DNA of 64,000 nt from Prolixibacteraceae bacterium (GTDB lineage: Bacteria > Bacteroidota > Bacteroidia > Bacteroidales > Prolixibacteraceae), in the NCBI GenBank assembly GCA_025355875.1, contig JANXYV010000212.1:5844-69843 (forward strand), read 5' to 3'. This document shows positions 50,805 to 61,113 of the stretch, in pieces; positions within the stretch are counted from its first letter, which is position 1, and each line of letters opens with the position of its first letter. The position numbers and the translations under genes are program-made. Below the pieces are notes generated by a model. It worked only from the letters and a program-made list of their open reading frames with translations. It was not told the DNA's origin and made no database searches.

Positions 50805-53498
50805 TCAAACGAAATTTACAACGTTTGATGAAACTAATCCCCTAAAGCTGCTGTTCTTTGCAACTTTATCATGTGGAAGTAAAGCATATTTCCATTGCTT
50901 ACCGCCAAACTCCTTGATATATTCATTTGCATATTCACAATATTTAAGAGCTGCCTTTGTTTTTGCTTTTACTTCTTCACTGCTAATTTCGTTGGCAGCT
51001 TTAGTTTCTATCATATAAATATAATCAGCAGTTTCAGCAATAAAATCAGGTTGGTAGGTTTGGCCTTTGTGGTTCCAATAGATTCTGAATTGATATAATG
51101 ATGGTCTGAGCCATTTCAATACTTCAGAATCATTTTCTAAAATAAATGAAAAGGTTTGTTCTGTCCGGCTATCAAATTTATACTCCGGATGAGCTGTTTT
51201 TTTGAATCCTCTGAAAATATATTTCTGTATTTGAGACGGTTGCATTGTTTCATCAGTGTATTCTCTATAACCATTGCTAATCATAGTAAAATTCCAATCT
51301 TCAATTTTTACAAATGGGAATACTTTTGGCTTCTGGAAATCCGATTGCACTATTTCAAAATGCGCAGGACTTATCATCATTTGATTATATATTTTTTCGG
51401 CAATAAGCTTTTTCCACTGTCTAATCACTTGCCTTATATCTGCATTATCTTCTAATGTTTCTTCGATAGCGTTGATTGCCTGATTGCAAAGTTTAGCCTG
51501 TAAATCGGCTGTTTCGTAATCTATTTCCGCAAAATTGTTGAGTTCTACCATTAACATCTCCAATGGCTTTCTAATGTTATTTGATTTTGTTATTTCAAGT
51601 GTATCAACCTTTTTATCTGTAAGTCCATAAATCAGAATTTCTTCTTTTAATTTTTGATAATGAAAACTTGAAGTGTCTAAATCAAAATCATGAAATACCG
51701 GATAGGCTGTGCCTTGTTGCAGAACCATTCTGGGAATAGCTATTGTTTGTTGCTTAAATTCATTTACAATTTGGTTATAAATGATTTCAGCCTCTTCAAC
51801 AACTTTAGGATTTTCTATTACTGAAAAAATATCTTGTGGCCGGGAATATATTTCAAGTTTAATTGCCGCAATTACTTCTCTTTTTATTTCTTCTTTTTGA
51901 GCATCATCAATTTTGTTTACCTGAGTGTTTAATGCAAGTGTTGGAAGATAGTTTATAATTAATCTTTTAGCATCTAACTGATTCAGTTTTTGTTGCTTGT
52001 TTACATCATTTGATTTTTGAATGATTGCCTTTTCTTCATCCATCTTTTTATTGATTGTCGCTGTGACTTCAACGGGAACTTGTTTAGGTTCATTGGGATC
52101 AACAAAAACTTCAATTAGTTTTACTTTGTTTAAAACGGAGTTTGGATTTTTGGCTTCATTCAATATACTTTCGTAATTATCGTGTGCTACTATTGTTAGT
52201 CGATCCAATTTATCTATTCCGGTCCTTTCACCATTGAAAGGCAAACGAAGTCCTCTACCAATGGTTTGTTCTATTAATATTGCAGAGTTGGCTGCATTTA
52301 ATGGACAGATAGTATAAAGGTTATTTATATCCCAACCTTCTTTTAGCATAAAAACATGGATCACAATTTCAATAGGATTGTCTGTATCTTCTAAAGAAAT
52401 AAATAAACTCTCAACATCCTCATCGTTTTTACTGGTGCTGTCAATTTGCAATACTTTATCTATGTATGCTCCTTCTAAAAACTGCGGTGAATTGATAAAT
52501 TCATAAAGCCGTTTAGCATGATCGGTATTTTTTGCAGCAATAAGTGTAAGTGGTTTTACAAGCTTTTTATTTTCCTGCTTGTGGTACATATCCAATTCTA
52601 CCTTAATGTTTTCATGCAGGTTGATTGCATCTTCTATTTTAATTAGTTCAATTTCTTCTGGAGCTTTCCCTTTGTGATCAAAATCTTTCCGGGTAGCTAT
52701 TGCAGGAGCTTTAATATACAAACCTTCTTTTAAGGCAATGGCTAAAGAATACTCATAAACAACATTTTTAAACTTGTTGTTCTTTTCATCAATTGGAGTG
52801 GCAGTTAATTCTATACCTAAAATTGGTTTTAACTCGTTGATTGCCTCTTTACTTTTATCTGCATGATAACGGTGTGCTTCATCCATCAGGATTACCAAGT
52901 CTTTCAAATTGCTTAGATATTCCCAATAGCTTTGCCCTAAATACTCAGATAACCGTTTAATCCGAGGAGTCATATTTTTGCCACCTTCTTTTACTGGTTT
53001 AGTTTCTTTTGCAAATTTTGAAACGTTAAAAATATTAATCCTTATTTCGGTTTCACTAAATAACGAACTGACCTGATTGTAATTATCACCAGTAATGATT
53101 ACAGGCTTATTGTGCACAAACTCCGCTATACCACTAAAAACGTATTTTGAATAGCTGCTATTCCCAAAATCTTCAATCAATTTGTTGTAGATTGTAAGAT
53201 TGGGTGCCAATACAAAAAAATTTCTGAACCCTTTCTCCAAATACAAATAAGCAATACAAGCTCCCATTAATCGGGTTTTACCCACGCCAGTAGCAATACT
53301 GTAACAAATGGATACAAACTCTCTTTCGAAATCAGTGCAGGTTGGGTAAAGAGCCTGGACTTTTGCCAGTTCTGATTTAAGGTCTACATCTTTTTCTAAT
53401 TCTAACTCATCGGCTAGATGAACAAGTATATCTAATGAATCTTTTAATGGTTGTCGAAGTGATAGGCGCTGTTTTATATTTTCTGCGATCAGGTTCAT
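50805..53498 (-). CDS. res: Type III restriction enzyme Res subunit (SF2 helicase + PD-(D/E)XK nuclease)
   Basis: ATGVGKT, DEAH, TAT, LKEGWD, EQTIGRGLR, C-terminal YQPDF...IETK. Confidence 0.9.
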   Translation of the reverse strand: MNLIAENIKQRLSLRQPLKDSLDILVHLADELELEKDVDLKSELAKVQALYPTCTDFEREFVSICYSIATGVGKTRLMGACIAYLYLEKGFRNFFVLAPNLTIYNKLIEDFGNSSYSKYVFSGIAEFVHNKPVIITGDNYNQVSSLFSETEIRINIFNVSKFAKETKPVKEGGKNMTPRIKRLSEYLGQSYWEYLSNLKDLVILMDEAHRYHADKSKEAINELKPILGIELTATPIDEKNNKFKNVVYEYSLAIALKEGLYIKAPAIATRKDFDHKGKAPEEIELIKIEDAINLHENIKVELDMYHKQENKKLVKPLTLIAAKNTDHAKRLYEFINSPQFLEGAYIDKVLQIDSTSKNDEDVESLFISLEDTDNPIEIVIHVFMLKEGWDINNLYTICPLNAANSAILIEQTIGRGLRLPFNGERTGIDKLDRLTIVAHDNYESILNEAKNPNSVLNKVKLIEVFVDPNEPKQVPVEVTATINKKMDEEKAIIQKSNDVNKQQKLNQLDAKRLIINYLPTLALNTQVNKIDDAQKEEIKREVIAAIKLEIYSRPQDIFSVIENPKVVEEAEIIYNQIVNEFKQQTIAIPRMVLQQGTAYPVFHDFDLDTSSFHYQKLKEEILIYGLTDKKVDTLEITKSNNIRKPLEMLMVELNNFAEIDYETADLQAKLCNQAINAIEETLEDNADIRQVIRQWKKLIAEKIYNQMMISPAHFEIVQSDFQKPKVFPFVKIEDWNFTMISNGYREYTDETMQPSQIQKYIFRGFKKTAHPEYKFDSRTEQTFSFILENDSEVLKWLRPSLYQFRIYWNHKGQTYQPDFIAETADYIYMIETKAANEISSEEVKAKTKAALKYCEYANEYIKEFGGKQWKYALLPHDKVAKNSSFRGLVSSNVVNFV

Positions 53499-53517
53499 TT
53501 TATTTATGGCTTTATGG

Positions 53518-55188
53518 TTAGAAAAGTGTAGGTTGGTTATCGTCTTCTATTTTTTTTGAGGATTTGGATTTTGATAGCTTAATTGTGGGTTCCTCTATGG
53601 TTAATAAATCGTCTACCACTGCATTGTTTTCTGCTTCATCATGCGGAAAATTTACAATATTTAGGGAATAATCATCTTTCCCGAACTCACATCTTCCATA
53701 AAGCATTTGTGGGATTTTTTTGATTGTAATGTTTGATCTTCTCGATTTACATTCTGCCTTAAATCCCTTGCAGCATATCAATAAACTTTCGTTGGATAAC
53801 ATTTCTTCTGAAAGCCTGTCTAACATTTCAACCGTAATAAATTGGGTTGTGGTGAAAATGAAATCGTTCTCGCTGCTGTTACCTTGTTTCCAGTAAATAC
53901 TCTCATGAGGTAAATAATGGAATCCTTCCTGTTTAGCCATTGCTGCTGCCAACATATTGGCATTGTATTCCGGATTGATAATATCACATCCGTATTTATC
54001 TTTTTGAATTAATGATGGTGCAAGTGTGTAGAATTTAAAACCACCACCACCCTTCCATTCAACTGCCTTGCTAATACCGCCCTGCTCTCCATCAACAACT
54101 TGTTTCATACGTGGGAAACAATGGGTTCTGGCATGTTCTCCCAATTCGATACCTATATATTTTCTGCCCATTTTATGCGCTACGGCTGCGGAAGTACCAC
54201 TTCCTAGAAAACTATCAAGAACAATATCATTTTCCCCGGAACCAATCTTAAAGATTTTATGAATTAATCTTTCAGGTTTTGGTGTTTCAAAAACCTCATT
54301 ATTTAAAAAAGCATTAACTTCCCTTTTTGCTTCTTGATTATCACCAACCTCATCTCGAAGCCAAATTGACATAGGTACGATACCCTGTTGAATCTCTAAT
54401 AAAAATTGTTTAATTCTAGGTTTATTCTTTCCATCTTTCCCAAACCAAATTCGATTCTCAGATAGCCATTTACCATATGTACTTGAAGAAGGAGCCCACT
54501 GCCTCCCCGCAGGTGGATAATGAGTTATCCCACTTGGTGTTATTATAGGGTAGGAATGACCAGCTGCTTTAGTTTTTGATGTCATGTCTCCACTAGACCA
54601 ATCCCCGCGAGGATCATTATCTGGGTTTGAAAAGGTCGAATCTTCATCTTTCCGAGGCAATAGATATAACTTAAGTCTCAATTTATCTTTTGCAAATACT
54701 AAAACATAATCATGATTTGCACTTATGAAATTTTCATCATTTTGAGGAGAAAACTTTTTTTGCCAGATACATGTAGCTACAAAATTATTCCTGCCAAAAA
54801 TTTCATCGCACAAAACCCTTAAATATGAATATTCGTTATCATCTATACTAATCCATATACTTCCATCATCTCTTAATAAGTTCCGAAGCAAATTCAAGCG
54901 AGGTTTTATCAAATTTAACCATGTACTATGTTCGACTCCGTCATCATAATGATCAAATGCGCTTCCAGTATTGTATGGAGGGTCAATATATATGCACTTA
55001 ATTTTTCCAGCGTAATCCTGTTCTAGGGCTTTTAGAGCTAGTAGGTTGTCGCCGTGGATGAGCATGTTTTCAGTTCTTGGGTCACCGTAACTGTATTCTG
55101 GGTTCTCGATAAGGATTCTGGGTTCGAGTTTGGGTTCTTCGCCTTTGCCAATCCAAGTGAGTTCGAGTTTTTGTAAATGTTTTGCCAT
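53518..55188 (-). CDS. mod: Type III m6A methyltransferase Mod subunit
   Basis: KLELTWIGK, GDNLLAL, IYIDPPYNTG, TPKPERL, DSFLGSGT, GGGFKFY. Confidence 0.92.
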   Translation of the reverse strand: MAKHLQKLELTWIGKGEEPKLEPRILIENPEYSYGDPRTENMLIHGDNLLALKALEQDYAGKIKCIYIDPPYNTGSAFDHYDDGVEHSTWLNLIKPRLNLLRNLLRDDGSIWISIDDNEYSYLRVLCDEIFGRNNFVATCIWQKKFSPQNDENFISANHDYVLVFAKDKLRLKLYLLPRKDEDSTFSNPDNDPRGDWSSGDMTSKTKAAGHSYPIITPSGITHYPPAGRQWAPSSSTYGKWLSENRIWFGKDGKNKPRIKQFLLEIQQGIVPMSIWLRDEVGDNQEAKREVNAFLNNEVFETPKPERLIHKIFKIGSGENDIVLDSFLGSGTSAAVAHKMGRKYIGIELGEHARTHCFPRMKQVVDGEQGGISKAVEWKGGGGFKFYTLAPSLIQKDKYGCDIINPEYNANMLAAAMAKQEGFHYLPHESIYWKQGNSSENDFIFTTTQFITVEMLDRLSEEMLSNESLLICCKGFKAECKSRRSNITIKKIPQMLYGRCEFGKDDYSLNIVNFPHDEAENNAVVDDLLTIEEPTIKLSKSKSSKKIEDDNQPTLF

Positions 55189-55203
55189 TGTTTTATTTTC
55201 TAC

Positions 55204-56967
55204 CTAAATTTTCCATTTCCAAATCTGTAATGCTTGTTGGGCGAGGTCTTTACTTCTTAATTCAATTGCTGCAATGTTCCATGTTACTGTGCGCTTTTTA
55301 ACATCTCGGGCCAATGCACTTATGTCAGTGTAAGCAACTTGCTTTTCAATATAAGGTTTCTGCCCAAATGAACTATTTGCTGGTTGGCTATTCAGACAAA
55401 GATTACCTATAGTATTTGTAATAGTTGGTAAGCTATAATGTAAAGCATCAGCTACTAAATATGTTTTCCAATGATCATTAAGGGTTTGTGGTAAGATATG
55501 CTCAATAGTATATATGGTAGAATAATCAGGATACTCACCAAATGGTTGCATTGATTTATCCAACTCCTGTAAAACATGTCGTGAAAAATTTAATTCTCTT
55601 GAATTGTAAAGTTCTTTAGTCGTGAAAGCATCTTCAAAAATCTGATCAGCAACCCATAATTGCTCAGTTTGAATTTGCTTTTGAAATGCTCTTACCTTGT
55701 CCGGTTCATTAACAATCCTATCTAATAGTGATGGAAAGAAAGTGTCGTATTTTGTCACTGACAGACTAGTTATTTTTCTCCGAATTAGAAGTACATAAGT
55801 TTCATGCAGGATCTCAATAGCTTCTTGTTCTGTGATTGAACTATGCTCTAATGTTTTAAGCAATCCCATTAGAAATGGATAAATAGATGTCATGTTGGTT
55901 GCATTAATTGCAATCAACAATTTCTTTATATCTGGGTTAGCAGGTGGATATTGAATTGGCTTTAAAATTTGATTATATACATTGGTGTAATCAAATACCT
56001 TCTCTAATGTTTGAGTTGCAGTAACAGCAGATAGTTTCTTGTTTTTGATTTTAAAGTGAACGTACATTCTTCGTTCTTTTCCAACACGTTTTTTCTCACC
56101 CATTGAAAATAAATCTCGAAGATATTCTTCAAAGTTTGCTTCTCCTACTGCACTTCTAGCTGCAAGCCATTTTTCGTTATGTAATTTTTCGTGTTCATTG
56201 GTAATGTCATTTGTCAGAGGACGAAAGATATAATTGCATAAAAGCTCCGATGCTGATAGTGGCATACCTGCATCATTCAAACTTTCAAAAATTGCTTGCG
56301 CATCATCTTTTGTTTCATCCAATGGAATCCAAACAATTTTTAGCGATTTGAGTATAGCCTGACACCATTGCCAAAGTGTTGGAACATCCATATTTCGTAG
56401 ATATTTTTGAGCATACTTCACAAAAGCATCAATTTTATTTTCGAGAGGATTATAAAGTAGCTGATCTTCTCCGAGATGAGGACTATTAGGGTTTGAATTG
56501 AAAACCGTTTTGAATGTTGGCAACCTGTCACCTTTTGTGCTAAAGACTTTCAGTTTAAAATAATCATCACTTCCTGATACATTATTCTTCAGGTATTTAT
56601 CTAACTCAGAAATATATTTCTGAGCTTCAGGGGAAAGATGTGCCTTGCCTTCTAATAATTTTCTAAGCACGGCTAAAAGCAAATAAACTGTTGTAATTCT
56701 TTGCTGCCCATCGATCACTAAAAATTTTTTCAATGATGGATGTTGACTGATTTTCTCAAGGATCACGATAGGGCCAAAGAAATGTTCCTCATCTTCAAAA
56801 TTATTGTTTGAAACATTTTCAATTACTTCCGTCTGAATATCTTCAAAAAGTTTCTTCCATTGACGTTGCTCCCATGCATATCCTCTTTGAAAGAAAGGTA
56901 TTTCAAAACGGACACCAATGTTAAACATCTCCTCAAAATTTCGGTTGATTACATTTCCTGTTGGCAT
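55204..56967 (-). CDS. DUF262 + DUF1524 (GmrSD/SspE-like) nuclease
   Basis: IPFFQRGYAW, IDGQQR, IFESLNDAG, C-terminal HNH-like IEHILPQ...IGNL...N. Confidence 0.88.
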   Translation of the reverse strand: MPTGNVINRNFEEMFNIGVRFEIPFFQRGYAWEQRQWKKLFEDIQTEVIENVSNNNFEDEEHFFGPIVILEKISQHPSLKKFLVIDGQQRITTVYLLLAVLRKLLEGKAHLSPEAQKYISELDKYLKNNVSGSDDYFKLKVFSTKGDRLPTFKTVFNSNPNSPHLGEDQLLYNPLENKIDAFVKYAQKYLRNMDVPTLWQWCQAILKSLKIVWIPLDETKDDAQAIFESLNDAGMPLSASELLCNYIFRPLTNDITNEHEKLHNEKWLAARSAVGEANFEEYLRDLFSMGEKKRVGKERRMYVHFKIKNKKLSAVTATQTLEKVFDYTNVYNQILKPIQYPPANPDIKKLLIAINATNMTSIYPFLMGLLKTLEHSSITEQEAIEILHETYVLLIRRKITSLSVTKYDTFFPSLLDRIVNEPDKVRAFQKQIQTEQLWVADQIFEDAFTTKELYNSRELNFSRHVLQELDKSMQPFGEYPDYSTIYTIEHILPQTLNDHWKTYLVADALHYSLPTITNTIGNLCLNSQPANSSFGQKPYIEKQVAYTDISALARDVKKRTVTWNIAAIELRSKDLAQQALQIWKWKI

Positions 56968-56971
56968 ATTG

Positions 56972-59893
56972 TTAAATTATTTTAAATCTTATTGTGAATA
57001 ATTCGGTTTCGGTTGTATTTTGATTTAAGCGTTGTTCAATTTCATCCAAAAAGTTGTCCTTTCGTTTTTCAATATCGTCCTCATTCTGATATTGGTTATA
57101 ACGTTTATCAGCTAATTTTTTCTCAAGATCTTTAATGATGCGTTGCTCCTTTACTTTCTTTTCAAGGCTCAATAGTTTTCTTGCTTCTGTTTTCCGGGTT
57201 TTAATTTCCTTATCCAGTTCCTTTATTTCAAACTTTATACTGTTTCTTACATCTTCACTCCACTTTTCTAATTTGTCAACTTCCTCATTAAAAAAAGCAT
57301 GGTTTCGGTTGTGATTCTCTTCAATGATACCAATTTGCTGAGACAAATAATTCTCTTTAAATCGCTGCTTTAACTTTTCACTCAATTGTAAAGATTCAGA
57401 AGATATTTTTGCATCCAGAGAGAATAATCGTTGGCATTGCTCTGGCTGTAACGTATTCCCATCATCATCGAAAGCTGCAAATAATATATGGTCTTCCATT
57501 TCAAAACTTGATATGGAAATTTGCTTTGCCTGCAACCAACCTTGTTTACCTTTCAAGTTTTCAAGTATTGATATTTTCTTTTCGCTGTTTGTCAAATTAA
57601 AAATCAACTCCTGAATAGGTACCCCTTCTTTCTTACAAAATTCAATAACCTTTTGTGCTAATGGATGACCAACTCTATAGAGATTTTCATTTGATTGCAA
57701 TTCTTCAGCTACATGTCTTTCCCCAATGTTTTTCTTACCCAGCTTATATGGTCCATTATGAATAAGTTCTCCTTTAAATGGATTTTGATTGAGGTAAAAG
57801 CTGTTTTCGGAAGTGTTAAAGGTGGCAAAGGGTTGCAAAAAATATTTAGTAAGTTGCCATAACCAATTTTCAAACTTATTTAGATATTCGCTGCTTTGCT
57901 GTAAGTTTATTTTAAGTTTCTCATGCACTTCTTCATCAAAATTCTCTAAGAGCTTTTTCCTGGTAATGTCAATACCTATTTCAATTTCAGGTTCCATTTC
58001 CTTTTGAAGTGCATCAAATGCAAGCTGTATTGCTTCGATAGTTCTGCAAGTTTGATAGATTTGAACAATTCGTTTTTCAAAGTCTACACCACTCTCAATT
58101 GCGCCTAGTACTTCATCACTTGCCCCGAATACTCCACTGAAAAGTTGAAATTTTTCATCAAGCAATTGATATACTCTTTGATCAGCTGCATTGGTGTTAT
58201 TCAAGAAATTTACAACTACAACATCATACTTTTGTCCGTACCGATGACATCTACCAATGCGTTGTTCAATACGCTGCGGATTCCAAGGAAGGTCATAATT
58301 CACCACCAGAGAACAGAACTGTAAATTGATTCCTTCAGCTGCGGCTTCAGTTGCAATCATGATGGTAGCAGTATCACGGAAATAATCAACTAATGCAGCC
58401 CTTTTATCAGCCGTTTTAGAGCCTGTTATCCTATCTGTGCCTCTATGAGTATTAATCCATGCCTGATAGATCTGATTGCTCTTTGGGTCATTATTACTGC
58501 CATTAAATAGAACAATTTCATTCTTATAACCTCTAGCTTCCAAAGTATTTTTTAGATACTCCTGAGTTCTTATGCTTTCAGTAAAGATAATTGCTTTACG
58601 GTTTGCTTTTAACTCTGTTAGTTTTTGGAAAGCCTTATCTAAAGCGGTGAATAGTACTTCTCCCTTAGAATTAATGTGAATTGATTTGGCTAATTTTTTA
58701 AACTCATTGAGGGCCTCAATTTCTTGTTTGATTTCTAAAATTTCATCAGCAGAATAGATTCTATCTGCTTTGGCTATTTCCTCATCTTCTTCCTCTTCAT
58801 CAATCCATTCTTCTTGCTGCTCTTCAAAAGTTTCATAATTGTCATTAAATACCTCATTCACTGATTGCAATGAAGTTTCTTGTTTGATAAGTACGTTTCC
58901 CAACTTATCAGCCAATCCTTGTAATGTACCTGAAATAGCATAGGTAGATGATGCCAATAATTTGCGTAGAATTAAAGTCATGAGAGTTCGCTGACCAGGG
59001 GGCAAAGCATATAAGTTTGGCCTTTGTAAATACTCCGAAACTAAATCATAAAGGCGTTGTTCATCCTCACGTGGTGTAAACTCCTGCACAATGCAAGTTC
59101 TGTTGGTATAGTTAATATATTCCAACACCTGCCTTCTAAGTGTACGCTTACATACCGGCTCTAATCTTCTCTTTAGTTCATCAAAGTTTTTTTCTTCTGA
59201 AAGTCTTGTGTATTGCGTTTTAAAACTCTTTAAATCACCAAAGGCATATTCATCAATGATACTTACTAAACCATACAATTCTAATAATGAATTCTGCAAT
59301 GGTGTAGCTGTCAATAGAATCTTTGGAGAGTGGGCAACAGCATCTTTTATAGCTTTAGCAATTTTGTTTGTGGTCTTATATACATTTCGTAAGCGATGGG
59401 CTTCATCAACAACTACTAAATCCCAATCAACCTTACTTATATAAACTGCTTTACTTTTTATAAAATGGTATGAACAAATAACAATCTTTCCATCTTGTTG
59501 AAATGGATTGAAGTTTGCCTTTTGAACTTCTTCATTAAAAGATTTTGCTTCGAGAATTATTGAGGGTAAGAAGAATTTATCAGCAATTTCCTGATTCCAT
59601 TGTTTGCGTAAATTCGCAGGTGCAATGATTAAAATTCTACGTTTACGTTCTGCCCATTTCTGAGAAATAACAATACCAGCTTCAATAGTTTTTCCTAAAC
59701 CGACTTCATCAGCCAATACCGCTCCTTTTGATAGTGGTGACTGAAAAGCAAATAACGCTGCATCTATCTGGTGTGGATTTAGATCAACCTGTGCATCTGA
59801 TAGAGATGCAGTAAATTTCTCTAAACTATTTGACGAATACCTTTTGGTTAATTCATAAGCGAAATATTTTGCATGGTATGGTGTTATGCTCAC
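56972..59893 (-). CDS. SNF2/RapA-family ATPase associated with the type III RM locus
   Basis: PHQ, LADEVGLGKT, VDEAH, LLTATP, IFTES, AEGINLQ, NYDLPWNP.RIEQRIGR.HR; C-terminal coiled coil. GTG start. Confidence 0.9.
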   Translation of the reverse strand: MSITPYHAKYFAYELTKRYSSNSLEKFTASLSDAQVDLNPHQIDAALFAFQSPLSKGAVLADEVGLGKTIEAGIVISQKWAERKRRILIIAPANLRKQWNQEIADKFFLPSIILEAKSFNEEVQKANFNPFQQDGKIVICSYHFIKSKAVYISKVDWDLVVVDEAHRLRNVYKTTNKIAKAIKDAVAHSPKILLTATPLQNSLLELYGLVSIIDEYAFGDLKSFKTQYTRLSEEKNFDELKRRLEPVCKRTLRRQVLEYINYTNRTCIVQEFTPREDEQRLYDLVSEYLQRPNLYALPPGQRTLMTLILRKLLASSTYAISGTLQGLADKLGNVLIKQETSLQSVNEVFNDNYETFEEQQEEWIDEEEEDEEIAKADRIYSADEILEIKQEIEALNEFKKLAKSIHINSKGEVLFTALDKAFQKLTELKANRKAIIFTESIRTQEYLKNTLEARGYKNEIVLFNGSNNDPKSNQIYQAWINTHRGTDRITGSKTADKRAALVDYFRDTATIMIATEAAAEGINLQFCSLVVNYDLPWNPQRIEQRIGRCHRYGQKYDVVVVNFLNNTNAADQRVYQLLDEKFQLFSGVFGASDEVLGAIESGVDFEKRIVQIYQTCRTIEAIQLAFDALQKEMEPEIEIGIDITRKKLLENFDEEVHEKLKINLQQSSEYLNKFENWLWQLTKYFLQPFATFNTSENSFYLNQNPFKGELIHNGPYKLGKKNIGERHVAEELQSNENLYRVGHPLAQKVIEFCKKEGVPIQELIFNLTNSEKKISILENLKGKQGWLQAKQISISSFEMEDHILFAAFDDDGNTLQPEQCQRLFSLDAKISSESLQLSEKLKQRFKENYLSQQIGIIEENHNRNHAFFNEEVDKLEKWSEDVRNSIKFEIKELDKEIKTRKTEARKLLSLEKKVKEQRIIKDLEKKLADKRYNQYQNEDDIEKRKDNFLDEIEQRLNQNTTETELFTIRFKII

Positions 59894-60017
59894 TTTTTCT
59901 TGAAGTTTTTATAGGCAATTTTTAATGCTCCCTAAATTTTTGACTTCTTTCATTCACTTAGTTTGAGGGTTCTCCAAAGGTCAACTATTAAATGGAATTT
60001 AACTTGTCAATTATAGC

Positions 60018-60025
60018 CAAATATA
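60018..60025 (-). promoter_or_regulatory. Candidate -7 element for the SNF2-RM operon
   Basis: TATATTTG about 125 nt upstream of the SNF2 start. The region is AT-rich, so a chance match is possible. Confidence 0.4.
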
Positions 60026-60185
60026 GCGTATTGTTAATTAACATTACTCTATTGGTATTGTGGATTTTTTATATGTCTAATTTATGATTATAATTTACGA
60101 AATCGGATGTTTAGAATTCTAAATATCTCATTTATCCTTCAAGATATTATGAGGAAATAATCCTAATTATTACGTTGTTCTAGTT

Positions 60186-61085
60186 TTATACTAATTTCCT
60201 AATGAGATTGACAAGTTCATCAATGTTCTCATGAACAGTTTCTATTGGCACGTTTCGACTTTTATTAAATCCTATTTTGTTTATAGGATATTTAAGTTTA
60301 AAACTTATAAAGCTTATCCATTCATCAACAATATTAATTGGCTTATGCTGCAAATAGAATCGATATTTTTCTTCAGATTGAAAATTTATCAAATGCCTTC
60401 CTCCACTAATATTTAACAAGCTAATATGTTTTTTGTCGCCTTCAGTTGAAAATACTTTTAATGAAAAGCCTTTATCTTTATTTGTATCATAGTAAATGTG
60501 TCCAGCATTAGCGCGATTTGTTTTTTCAACCATATCAACATCATTTAACTTTGAAAGTAGCTCTTTAATAAATGAATTTGAATTAATAAAATCTTTGCTA
60601 ACAGGCTTCCTTGATGTATCATTTATTGTATATATTGTTTCGTCGATCAGATTCGTCAAATATTTACACGAAAGCTTTATTTGATTATTTTGGATTGTAT
60701 TATAGATACTGTTAATGAAGGTTTTGATTTCCTCTAATGATAGGTCTGGCAAATGTTCTTTTTTCCCAAATATAGAATATACTTTTACACCATCCTTTTC
60801 ATATAATATTTTAAACCTATTAAATTGTTCGAGATTAATACCACACTCAACCTCGATATATCCTATTTTATCACCGAAGGAATTATAAACCACGAAATCT
60901 GGTCGAGAACCTTCTTCATTTTTCACTGGAAAAATTATAGAATCAGCATTTAATTTAAATTTCTCTAAAAACCAATTATGAAATACATCAAACATCTGCA
61001 GGTGAAATAAAGCCAGATTAATCCTATTCTCAGGTTTTGAAATGTCTTCTTTGACAAATATGTTAAAAATTACATCATCTTGCAT
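60186..61085 (-). CDS. Hypothetical protein, putative N-terminal PD-(D/E)XK nuclease
   Basis: RPDFVVY...GYIEVE...LEQFNRF pattern. Confidence 0.55.
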   Translation of the reverse strand: MQDDVIFNIFVKEDISKPENRINLALFHLQMFDVFHNWFLEKFKLNADSIIFPVKNEEGSRPDFVVYNSFGDKIGYIEVECGINLEQFNRFKILYEKDGVKVYSIFGKKEHLPDLSLEEIKTFINSIYNTIQNNQIKLSCKYLTNLIDETIYTINDTSRKPVSKDFINSNSFIKELLSKLNDVDMVEKTNRANAGHIYYDTNKDKGFSLKVFSTEGDKKHISLLNISGGRHLINFQSEEKYRFYLQHKPINIVDEWISFISFKLKYPINKIGFNKSRNVPIETVHENIDELVNLIRKLV

Positions 61086-61113
61086 TTTGATATATTTATA
61101 TGAAAAAATGCTA

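Noticed and set aside
48949-59893. Assignment to DISARM, BREX or Ssp/Dnd
   Set aside because: No DrmA/DrmB/DrmC, PglZ/BrxC or Dnd/Ssp modification genes are visible in the window.
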